Source: an uncultured Chloroflexia bacterium (GTDB lineage: Bacteria; Chloroflexota; Limnocylindria; Limnocylindrales; CSP1-4). Taken from it: DNA of 64,000 nt. The notes below the pieces were generated by a model. That model was not told the origin of the DNA and did not search any database. It saw only the letters and a list, made by a program, of their open reading frames with translations. The stretch covers positions 223,475 through 287,474 of the forward strand of contig CAWGTR010000006.1 in assembly GCA_963825545.1 (NCBI GenBank), given 5' to 3'. Made by a program: the position numbers and the translations under genes. Positions 32,901-40,559 of the stretch are shown piece after piece (the first letter of the stretch is position 1; the number at the start of each line of letters is the position of its first letter).

Positions 32901-35396
32901 CGGGTCGACGAGGACGACCTCGCCACCACTCGTGGCGACCGCCATCCCGGAGGCGTCGGTGGTCAGCCCGAGATGCGTCACCGGCGCCTTCACGTCGGCC
33001 AGCGGCGCCGGCCCGTCGACGCTGGTGATCGGCGTTTCGGCGCTGTACCCGCCTGACGCCCGGGCGTCGTCGAGCACCGTCGTGTCGAGCGCGAGCACCT
33101 GGCCGCTGTCCGTGCCGACGAGGACGCGGTGACCGACGGGATCGAGCGTGAGGGCCGACGCCCCCGGCACCGACCAGGTCGTGATCAGGCCGCGGGTCAC
33201 CAGGTCGTAGGCCCGCAGCTCGTCGCCGCCGGCGACGTAGAAGCGGTCCCCGGACGGCGGGGACGGCCGGCTCGAGTCGACCCACTGCGGCTCGACGAGC
33301 ACGTCGCGGACCGTCGTGCCCAGCGAGCGCTGCGCGGTCACCCGGTCGTCCCCGGCGACGATCAGCCCGGCGGCCATCGCGTACTTGGCGATGTGGGGGT
33401 GGGTCCACTCGTAGATGTCGTGTGGCATCCCGTAGCGCCAGTCCTGGAGGAACTCCGTGGCGGTCCGCGCGTGGTAGACCTCGTCGAAGTGCATGCGGTA
33501 CGGCTCCGACAGCCGGAACGTCCGCGATACCAGGGCGACGAGCACGATCACCACGAGCAGCCACAGGTCGAGCCGGTCGAGCCGCCCGCCGCCCTCGCCG
33601 TGGAGTCGACGCGACCGATCGGGCAGGAGGGTCCGGATCCGGGCCAGCCCGAACGGCAGCGGCAGCCAGCCCGGGTCACGCTCGGCCGCGAACGAGGCTT
33701 CGTCCCACGCGATCGCCGGGCCGGCGCTTGGAGGGGCCGCCACCACCCGTCCGGCGACGGCACCGCCGGCCGCGGTCGTGGCCGCCACCGCCTCGCCGGC
33801 GGTCCCGGGGCCGCCCGAAGGGGCGCTCGTGTCGCCGCCGATCCACCCTCCGTCGGTCGCGTCGGCAGCGACGGCGTCCTCGTCCGCCTCCCAGAGCGCG
33901 GCGTCGATCGCCTCGCGATCCAGCCGTCGGAGCGCGGCGGGACGCAGCTCGGTGACCGCGAACACGAAGGCCGCGAAATGGATCGCCGCGACGGTCGCCA
34001 CCCCGACCGGGGATCGGATCGCGTCGGCCATGCCCAGCCAGTCCTTGATCCCGGGGTTCTGGAAGTACGGGATCAGGAGGACCGCGTACAGGTTCGCGAA
34101 GTTGGCCAGCGAGAGCAGGACGTAGGCCACGCGCCAGCGAACCGACGTGGCGGCGAGGATGGCGCCGAGGATGGCGAACGGGAAGAGGTACCGCTCGTGG
34201 ACCCGGGTGGGCACGACGAAGAACGCGATCGCCATCACCGTCAGCGCGACGAGGAGCAGCCGCCGGTCGTCGACGATGGCCCGGATCCGCTCGCCGCCCG
34301 AGCCTTCGTCGATGGTCACGATCGACGGCCGGTCCAGCCAGCCGACGACGAGGCAGACCGCCGCGATGACGATCAGCAGCAGCGCGGTCCCGACGTACAG
34401 CGCAGGGACGCCGGCGATGAGCGTCGCGACCTCGGCGGCGGTCGCCCCGGCGACGTCGCGCAGCCATTGGCCGTTCTCCGCCAACCCGTTGCCGCCGCGG
34501 CTGATCAGCGCCCACGGGTTATAGGCGTTGACGGTGATGTACGGGTAGCCGCCGGCCGTCTTGCCGACCTGCTCGACGAGCCCCACGATCGACAGGCCGA
34601 ACGGGAGGCACAGGAGGACCGCCGTCGCGAGCCCGACGCCGGCGCTCGTGACCAGCCGCAGCGGACCTTCGCCGAAGCGGTCGAGCCACGGCTCGCCGCG
34701 CGGTCCCGGCTGGGCGTCGGCCAGCGGGACGTCCCCTCCGGCTCCCGCCGGCGCAGGCGGCGCGGGCGGTCGCAGGCGATCCCACACGTGGCGCCGCAGC
34801 AGGACGATCGCCAGGATCGGCAGGAGGATCCCGAGCTGCGGCTTGATGACCGCGGCGAGCACGGCGAAGAACGTCGCCCGCTCGGGCCGGCGCCGCCACA
34901 GGTCGCGCAGGCCGAGCAGCAGGAAGATCACCCCGAAGGCGTCGACCTGGCCCCAGATCGCACTGTCGAACCAGGTGACCGGGTTGACGAGCACGAACGC
35001 GGCGCCGAGCAGGGCGGCCCGGCGCGATCCACCGAGCTCGCGGACCAGGGAGTGGACCAGCCATGCGAGGACGACGTCGGCGAGGATCGGGGGCAGCTTG
35101 ATCAGGTCGCCGATGCCCCCGATCGCGTTCCCGACGATCCCCACGAGCCACAGCACGTAGAGGTAGCCGGGCGTGTAGTCGACGAAGAAGCCCCGGTTGT
35201 AGAAGCCCCCCGGACCGTGCGTCGCGAGCTCGTTCGCCCAGGCCTGGAAGGAGCCGCGGTCCGCTCCGAACCCGGAGCCGGGGAGCAGGACGTATGCGAT
35301 GATGAGGCGGAGGGCGAGGCCGACGATCAGGATCGCGATGAGCGCCAGGGCGGCCTCGAACGACCGCCTCGGCGCCGCGGTGCCTCGGTCGGGCAC
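29952..35396 (-). CDS. giant (1814 aa) polytopic membrane protein: N-terminal GT-C module plus a GT39/PMT-like module split by a beta-propeller-like periplasmic insert
   Basis: Module 1: VDYTPGYLYVLW...VHERYLFPF. Module 2: MHFDEVYHARTA...HPHIAKYAMAAGLIVAGDD, then a roughly 420-aa repeat-rich soluble insert (FYVAGGDELRAYDL..., VLVGTDSGQVLALD...), then HAFAWRLPGMLAG...SRIAMNDVY...PYWAWPLDLKPVWFY...QYHYY. GTG start at 35396. Confidence 0.8.
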   Translation of the reverse strand: MPDRGTAAPRRSFEAALALIAILIVGLALRLIIAYVLLPGSGFGADRGSFQAWANELATHGPGGFYNRGFFVDYTPGYLYVLWLVGIVGNAIGGIGDLIKLPPILADVVLAWLVHSLVRELGGSRRAALLGAAFVLVNPVTWFDSAIWGQVDAFGVIFLLLGLRDLWRRRPERATFFAVLAAVIKPQLGILLPILAIVLLRRHVWDRLRPPAPPAPAGAGGDVPLADAQPGPRGEPWLDRFGEGPLRLVTSAGVGLATAVLLCLPFGLSIVGLVEQVGKTAGGYPYITVNAYNPWALISRGGNGLAENGQWLRDVAGATAAEVATLIAGVPALYVGTALLLIVIAAVCLVVGWLDRPSIVTIDEGSGGERIRAIVDDRRLLLVALTVMAIAFFVVPTRVHERYLFPFAILGAILAATSVRWRVAYVLLSLANFANLYAVLLIPYFQNPGIKDWLGMADAIRSPVGVATVAAIHFAAFVFAVTELRPAALRRLDREAIDAALWEADEDAVAADATDGGWIGGDTSAPSGGPGTAGEAVAATTAAGGAVAGRVVAAPPSAGPAIAWDEASFAAERDPGWLPLPFGLARIRTLLPDRSRRLHGEGGGRLDRLDLWLLVVIVLVALVSRTFRLSEPYRMHFDEVYHARTATEFLQDWRYGMPHDIYEWTHPHIAKYAMAAGLIVAGDDRVTAQRSLGTTVRDVLVEPQWVDSSRPSPPSGDRFYVAGGDELRAYDLVTRGLITTWSVPGASALTLDPVGHRVLVGTDSGQVLALDTTVLDDARASGGYSAETPITSVDGPAPLADVKAPVTHLGLTTDASGMAVATSGGEVVLVDPSTGAETGRQRLGGVSDLADGGLGDGLTADPTAVTDPAAVSAALATITGGNAADYQARLTAATSAGEAAVVLLGGFTDDQQQKDISTAISDGRLTGLTVAPLPRIAVADEGGVTFISPATGQIVDTVTLDGAARGLTVVTGIDQPTLYAALEGKNVAVIQLGQGDGKEGPHLTTTFPMPGDVRDLVYDQPTQMVHVLGRTPDGTSDTIYVVEPHGNAVYADARLPFDAQAWALDANPENPSGDRQAILATSADGMLATVDSGNHAFAWRLPGMLAGALTAGLIFLLVRILFRRREIAVIAAILVLVDGMLFVQSRIAMNDVYVGLFIVAAYTLFAPLWLGRWKRPWAFWVVLPAVGVLLGFALASKWVGLYAMAGVVVLILGRSALGRILLILGLALGTAVLGYMAIDIAPDASTSAGNFLFVALMIALTLGAVLVTVFRPIAWSAEETRLAIVGPAAIGILVFLIAVPLGIAVKPIGAGPAALTPTVISLLLILGSGVVWAILRFAGIWGLGPLALPPDPDDPVRLTEPGSPPPEGWLRPGTLLGLPIVWGVICLAVVPIVVYVISYLPWVALGNRLTDTWPPGNTGQTLLALTRQMYDYHNGLRATHAASSPYWAWPLDLKPVWFYQDSFAANTSAAIYDAGNLVAWWLSIPAMLFVAWQAFKRRSLALGLVFVAFAFQWLPWARIDRATFQYHYYAAVPFLLIALAYFVAELRNGPSARTWALARVSAAIAVLGPALMWLFKGPLCTFVRVTAVNPGSEACVATAPGQIVLTWRTAGLAAILLVAGALLVVQILRLGSGNRSAEEANRRFLQIAATAVGGAIGLILVGGFLPDTAILSQDGFRIEPIALVVLIALSPIAWVVATARDSRRFAAGIMLACVVWFVTWYPNISGLPLPAAIVNAYQGLLPTYLYAFQFPVNTDKVVPFSITAHLADVLLLLAALLVTSVIVGYAAWAWRIAAAEREAARRDPGSIVTTGQAG

Positions 35397-35443
35397 GGAT
35401 GTGGGGGAAGCCAGGGAGGTCCGCCTCCTGCACGGGCGCTGAG

Positions 35444-36847
35444 GTGGAGCGGAGTATAGCGCAGGGTCCCGCGACGGACGCCCGAGCGAGCCGCCTCCCC
35501 GACCTCCGATCCGGGACCGCCAGGACGGTCGCGGTCGGCCTCGCGATCACCGCGTTGATGCTCGCGGTGTATGTCGTCAGCAACCCCACCCGGGACAGCT
35601 ACTACAACCATTTCGTGTGGCAGGCCGAGGCGTTCCTCGACGGCCGCGCCACCATCCGCTACCCGGTCGCGGACCAGCCCGGGATCCACGGCGACAACCT
35701 GTTCCAGGACGTCCTCCTTGCGCCGGGGCCGCACGGCGAGCCAACCGGCTACGCGCTGCTGCCGTTCCCGCCCCTGCCGGCTGTGATCCTCATGCCGTTC
35801 GTCGCGATCTGGGGCCTGGCCACGGACGCCCAGCTGATCGCAGCGATCCTCGGCGCGCTGGTCGTTGGCATCGCCTTCTGGGTCCTCGGACGCCTGCCGA
35901 TCGCTCCGCGGGTCCGGGTCGCCAGCACGCTCTTCCTCGGCCTGGGCACCGTCTTCTGGTACACGTCCGAGCTGGGGACGACGTGGTACCTCGCGCACGT
36001 CGTCGCCGTCGGGTTCACCCTTCTCGCGATCGGGGTCGCGTTGCGCGGCGATCCGCTCGCGGCGGCAGGAGAACCCGATCCCGAGCCCGATTCGACCCGC
36101 CGCCGGCTCGTGCTCGACCCGGGTCAGGTGTTCGCCGGGTTCCTGTTCGGGCTCGCCTGCACCGCCCGGCTGACCGTGGTCTTCGGCCTGCCGTTCTTCG
36201 TGTTCGTCGGCGGGGGCGGCGACCGCCTTCGGCGTGGCGTGTCGGCCGTCGTCGGCATGGCTGTCCCGATCGGTGCCCTGATCGCCTACACCTACGCCAC
36301 GACCGGGCAGCTGATGAACCCGGGCTACGACGTGCTGTACCACCTCGAGACGGTCTTCTATCCCCAGCTCGGCTACCACAGCGGCTGGGGAATCGAGGAT
36401 CCACGTTACCTCGCCCAGAACGTGCCGCTCATGCTCGCCGGGCTTCCGTCGATCCTGCCTGCCTGCCCGCCGGATGCCGTGCGCGGCTGGTTCGATCCGG
36501 CCTGCCCCGTGATCGCGCCGCGCGACGTGGGGATGGGGCTGTTCCTGACCAGCCCGGCCTGGCTGGTGTCGTTCGCGTCGCTGCGCTGGTTCGGCCGGGA
36601 TCGCCTGGTCACCGGGGCGGTCATCGCCGTCGCGCTGATCGCCCTCGTCGACGTGATGCACTTCAGCCAGGGCTGGGTCCAGTTCGGCTACCGGTTCAGC
36701 AACGACTACGCGCCGTTCGCCCTCCTCCTTTTCGCCTTGGCGCTCGAGGCTGGACGCCGGACCCGGCGGCTCGGCTACGTGCTCATCGCGATCTCGATCG
36801 CGATCGTCACCTGGGGCGTGGCCTGGGGCCACCTCTTGGGATGGTGA
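35444..36847 (+). CDS. GT-C-like polytopic membrane protein (ArnT/PMT-like, putative glycosyltransferase)
   Basis: About 12 hydrophobic segments, an N-terminal periplasmic-loop segment YYNHFVWQAEAFLDGR, and operon context. The start is uncertain: the ORF opens at ATG 35399, GTG 35444 is listed, and the first TM begins around 35520. Confidence 0.6.
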   Translation: MERSIAQGPATDARASRLPDLRSGTARTVAVGLAITALMLAVYVVSNPTRDSYYNHFVWQAEAFLDGRATIRYPVADQPGIHGDNLFQDVLLAPGPHGEPTGYALLPFPPLPAVILMPFVAIWGLATDAQLIAAILGALVVGIAFWVLGRLPIAPRVRVASTLFLGLGTVFWYTSELGTTWYLAHVVAVGFTLLAIGVALRGDPLAAAGEPDPEPDSTRRRLVLDPGQVFAGFLFGLACTARLTVVFGLPFFVFVGGGGDRLRRGVSAVVGMAVPIGALIAYTYATTGQLMNPGYDVLYHLETVFYPQLGYHSGWGIEDPRYLAQNVPLMLAGLPSILPACPPDAVRGWFDPACPVIAPRDVGMGLFLTSPAWLVSFASLRWFGRDRLVTGAVIAVALIALVDVMHFSQGWVQFGYRFSNDYAPFALLLFALALEAGRRTRRLGYVLIAISIAIVTWGVAWGHLLGW

Positions 36848-38403
36848 TCGCCGCGCGCCCCGCAGGGCCGACGACCGGGCTCGTCCTCGCCGCGCTGGGG
36901 TCGGCCGTCTTCGCCCTGGCGATCGCCGTCCCGACGCTCCTGCCCGGCGTGTCGTTCTGGGACACGGCCGAGCTGCAGACGGTCGGGCCGCTGCTCGGGA
37001 CGGCGCACCCGACCGGCTTCCCGACCTGGGTGATCCTCGGCTGGCTCGCATCGATCGTGTTCCAGCCGCTCGGCGACCCGGCGTTCCGGATGAACCTGCT
37101 CAACGCCGTCTGCCTGGCCGTGGCCGCCGCCCTGATGGCCGTGCTCGTCCATCGGCTGACCGCGCGCGCCTGGCTCGCCTTCGCCTTCGGCGTGGTCCTG
37201 GCGGCGACACCGATCGCCTGGTCGATCGGGACCCATGCCGACGTTCACGGGCTTCATCTCGTCCTGTGCGCCCTCCTGCTCATCCTGCTCGTCGACTGGG
37301 AACGGCTCGAGCGGTCGGGGGCTGCCGGCGCGGACCGCCGCCTGGTGGCCGCGACGATCGTCTTCGCCCTCGCGCTCGGGAACCACAGCCTCGTGCTCCT
37401 GTTCGTGCCCGGGATCGTCCTGTTCGTGTTCGCGGTCGCGCCGTCGATCCTCGGCCGTCGCCGGCTGGTCGGGGCCTGCGTGGCGGCCCTTGCCGGGACG
37501 CTCGTCGTCGTGTACCTCGAGCTGCCGGTCCGCGCCGGGCTCATGCCGGCGCCGCTGGTGTACGGCCATCCCGACACCTGGGCGGGGTTCTGGTACATCG
37601 TCCTGGCAGAGCAGTTCCAGGGCAGCCTCATCGACCCGCTGGGCGAGCTCCCCCAGAAGGCGGCGACGCTCGTTCGCTTCAGCGGCGACCAGCTCGGACC
37701 ACTCGCCTTGCTGGTCCCGCTCGGGTTCGCGGCGACGATCGTCCGCCGGCCGCGCTACGCGGTGCTGACCGGCCTGACTCTGGCGATCACCTGCTTCTTC
37801 GCGGTGTCCTACGACAACGCCCAGATCGACCGCTACTACCTCGTACCGGCGCTCATCGCGCTGAGCTGGGTGGCGGTCCTCTTGGCGACGGTCGTCGACT
37901 GGCTCGAGCGGCGGATCGTGCCGGGCGGGCTCGATCGCCATGGGGACCGGGCGCCGCGGCCGGTCGTCGGGCTCCTCCTCGCCGCGCTCGTCGTCGTTCC
38001 GACAGCGGTGCTCCTGCCGGCGCGCTGGCAGGCAGTCGACCAGAGCGCGAACCGATCGGGCGACGCATGGCTCGACGCGCTGCTCGACGAGCGGGTCGCC
38101 GGCCCCGGGGCGGTGATCGTCTCGTGGTGGAGCTACTCGACCCCGCTATGGTACGCGCAGCACATCGACGACCGGCGACCGGACATCCGGGTCGTCGACG
38201 ACCGGACCCGCCTCGACGAGAACCTCGGAGCCATCAGCGACGTGATCGACAGCAACCTCGGACGCCACCCCGTCCTCGTCATCCAGGTCGACCCGGCTAT
38301 CGTCGGCTCGCTCATGGAGCGCTACCGGCTGACGCCCCTGCCCGTTCCGGGCTCGCAGGTCGTGTACCGGGTCGACGGGGTCCTCGCCGCGGCCAATCGA
38401 TGA
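36841..38403 (+). CDS. DUF2723/TMEM260-like GT-C membrane protein
   Basis: The start overlaps the upstream stop. GVSFWDTAELQTVGPLLGTAHPTGFPTWVILGW is the family signature. TM-rich N-terminal two thirds and a soluble C-terminal domain. Confidence 0.7.
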   Translation: MVIAARPAGPTTGLVLAALGSAVFALAIAVPTLLPGVSFWDTAELQTVGPLLGTAHPTGFPTWVILGWLASIVFQPLGDPAFRMNLLNAVCLAVAAALMAVLVHRLTARAWLAFAFGVVLAATPIAWSIGTHADVHGLHLVLCALLLILLVDWERLERSGAAGADRRLVAATIVFALALGNHSLVLLFVPGIVLFVFAVAPSILGRRRLVGACVAALAGTLVVVYLELPVRAGLMPAPLVYGHPDTWAGFWYIVLAEQFQGSLIDPLGELPQKAATLVRFSGDQLGPLALLVPLGFAATIVRRPRYAVLTGLTLAITCFFAVSYDNAQIDRYYLVPALIALSWVAVLLATVVDWLERRIVPGGLDRHGDRAPRPVVGLLLAALVVVPTAVLLPARWQAVDQSANRSGDAWLDALLDERVAGPGAVIVSWWSYSTPLWYAQHIDDRRPDIRVVDDRTRLDENLGAISDVIDSNLGRHPVLVIQVDPAIVGSLMERYRLTPLPVPGSQVVYRVDGVLAAANR

Positions 38404-39176
38404 CCGACCCGGCGGCGAACCCGGATCGCCTCGCGGAGCTGTCGTACTTCTTCCCGGCCCACAACGAGGAGGCCAACCTCGAGCCGCTCGTGACGGAGGC
38501 GCTGGCGACCCTGCCCGAGCTCGCCGGCCGTTTCGAGGTCGTGATCGTCGACGACGGCTCGCGCGATGCCACTGCCGAGATCGCCGATCGACTTGCCGCC
38601 GCCCATCCTGACCTCGTCCGTGTGGTCCACCACGAGACGAACCGCGGCTACGGAGCCGCGTTGCGGTCCGGCTTTCGGGCCGCGAGATTCGGCTACGTCG
38701 CCTTCACCGACGGCGACCGGCAGTTCAAGATCGCCGACCTGGCCCGGCTGACGGCCCGGATGGGCGCCCCCGACCGACCCGACGTCGTGATCGGTTTCCG
38801 CATCCGACGGGCGGACCCGATCATCCGGACGATCTACGCCCGGTCCTACCGGCTGGCGAACCGGGTCTTCTTCGGGCTGCGGGCGACCGACGTCGACTGC
38901 GCCTGCAAGCTCTACCGGCGCGAGGCGCTCGACGGGATCCGGGTCGAGTCCGGCGGCGCCTTCCTGTCCGCCGAGCTGCTGATCAAGCTCCGGGCACGCG
39001 GCCGATCCGTCGTCGAGGTCGGCGTCCCGCACTACCCACGCACGGCCGGCTCACCGACCGGGGCCCGGCCGCAGGTGATCGTCCGGGCCGTTCGCGACTT
39101 CTGGATGCTCCGGCTGCGGATGTGGGCGTCGCGGGACCGGGCGCTGTCGCGCGGGGCATCGATCCTGGGCGACTGA
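38400..39176 (+). CDS. GT2 polyprenyl-phosphate sugar synthase (DPM1/Ppm1/GtrB-like)
   Basis: ATGA overlap. LSYFFPAHNEEANL, VVIVDDGSRDAT, NRGYGAALRSGF and FTDGDRQF (DxD-type). Confidence 0.8.
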   Translation: MTDPAANPDRLAELSYFFPAHNEEANLEPLVTEALATLPELAGRFEVVIVDDGSRDATAEIADRLAAAHPDLVRVVHHETNRGYGAALRSGFRAARFGYVAFTDGDRQFKIADLARLTARMGAPDRPDVVIGFRIRRADPIIRTIYARSYRLANRVFFGLRATDVDCACKLYRREALDGIRVESGGAFLSAELLIKLRARGRSVVEVGVPHYPRTAGSPTGARPQVIVRAVRDFWMLRLRMWASRDRALSRGASILGD

Positions 39177-39235
39177 CCGGTGGCCGGAGGGCCGTGGTCC
39201 CTTCGAGGAGCGATCCGGGCCGGCTCGCCGGTCAG
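39173..39235. terminator. candidate bidirectional hairpin between convergent genes
   Basis: CTGACCGG (39173-39180) pairs with CCGGTCAG (39228-39235), with further GGCCGG/CCGGGCC pairing inside. Both stop codons lie in the stem. No U-tract. Confidence 0.3.
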
Positions 39236-39789
39236 TCCGGCCGCGGGCCCTCGCGGGTCCCGGCGTCGCCGCCGAGGTCGAGCGAGTTGATGAAGTCGCG
39301 GAAGACATCGAGCCGCGGGTCGGCCGGCGAGGCCGCCTCACTCGTCGACTCGAGGTCCTCGATCGAGCTGGCCTCGCCGTCGTCCGGCCGCACCCCGGCC
39401 CGGTCCAGGACCTCGTCGGCGGCGAAGATCTGCACCCCGGCCCGGACCGCCAGCGCGAGCGCGTCCGAGGGGCGCGAGTCGACCTCGAGCTCGCGCTCAC
39501 CCGACTGGAGGAAGAGCCGGGCGTGGAACGTCTCCTCGGCCAGCGAGGAGATGACGACGCGCCGGATCGAGACCCCCAGCTCGTCGAGCGTCGAGGAGAA
39601 CAGGTCGTGGGTCAGCGGTCGCTCGGACGACACACCCTGCAGCTTCATGGCGATCGCGTTCGCCTCCCACGGCCCGATCCAGATCGGGAGGTAGCGCTCG
39701 CGGTCGAGCTCCTTGAGGATCACCACGTGCTGGCTCGACGGCATGTGGACCCGCACGCTCTCGACGACCATCTCCACGAGCTGCGCCAT
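39232..39789 (-). CDS. bifunctional nuclease family (BFN/DUF151) protein
   Basis: HVVILKELDRERYLPIWIGPWEANAIAMKLQG...RPLTHDL...AHARLFL...VDSRPSDALALAVRAGVQIFA. Confidence 0.8.
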   Translation of the reverse strand: MAQLVEMVVESVRVHMPSSQHVVILKELDRERYLPIWIGPWEANAIAMKLQGVSSERPLTHDLFSSTLDELGVSIRRVVISSLAEETFHARLFLQSGERELEVDSRPSDALALAVRAGVQIFAADEVLDRAGVRPDDGEASSIEDLESTSEAASPADPRLDVFRDFINSLDLGGDAGTREGPRPD

Positions 39790-39850
39790 GGGCGGATTAT
39801 CCCACGCTCACCGGACGACCGGCCTTCGGGTCGGGCCGCGCCGGCGCTGC

Positions 39851-40555
39851 TCAACCCGAGCCGACCGGGCGCGGCCGGGCGCGACGGACGAGCAGGCCGA
39901 CGAGCATCCCCGTCACGAACCCGCCGATGTGGGCGAAGATCGCGACGCCGCCGACCACGTCCTCGACGCCGAGCGATGCCAGCCCGTCGATGACCTGCAG
40001 GACGAACCACAGGCCGAGCACCAGGATCGACGGGACCTCGGTGAGCTGGAAGAACACGACGAGAAACACGATCGCCAGGACACGTGCCCGCGGGAACAGC
40101 ACGGCGTACGCGCCGAGGACGGCGGCGATCGCCCCCGAGGCACCCACGAGCGGCGTGTCGGAGCGCGGGTCGATCGCAACCTGGGCGAGGCCGGCCACGA
40201 CCCCGCCGGCGAGGAAGAAGGCCAGGTAGGCCGGCCGGCCGAGACGGTCCTCGACGTTGTTGCCGAAGATCCACAGGTAGAGCAGGTTCGCCCCGATGTG
40301 CAGCCAGCCGCCGTGCAGGAACTGGTACGTGATCAGGGTGACGAGCGACCAGTCGAGCAGGTGTCCGGACTGGAGCGCATCGACCAGGTTGCTCGGGACG
40401 AGCCCGAACGTCTCGAAAAGCTTCGTGAGGGCATCCTCGCCACCGGTCGCCTGGACGGCCAGCTCGACCGCGAAGACCACGAAGCAGGCGATGATGATCG
40501 CGGCCGTCACCACCGGGGTCCGGCGGGTCGGGTTCGCGTCCCGGAGGGGGATCAC
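39851..40555 (-). CDS. rhomboid-family intramembrane serine protease
   Basis: FLHGGWLHIGANLLYLWIFGNNVEDRLG and GASGAIAAVLGAY (Ser), plus a downstream H in FAHIGGF. Six or more TM segments. Confidence 0.85.
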   Translation of the reverse strand: MIPLRDANPTRRTPVVTAAIIIACFVVFAVELAVQATGGEDALTKLFETFGLVPSNLVDALQSGHLLDWSLVTLITYQFLHGGWLHIGANLLYLWIFGNNVEDRLGRPAYLAFFLAGGVVAGLAQVAIDPRSDTPLVGASGAIAAVLGAYAVLFPRARVLAIVFLVVFFQLTEVPSILVLGLWFVLQVIDGLASLGVEDVVGGVAIFAHIGGFVTGMLVGLLVRRARPRPVGSG

Positions 40556-40559
40556 GCGA

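Noticed and set aside
29952-39176. GT-C block as a horizontally acquired island
   Set aside because: I see no visible shift in base composition or codon style, and no tRNA, integrase, transposase or flanking direct repeats.
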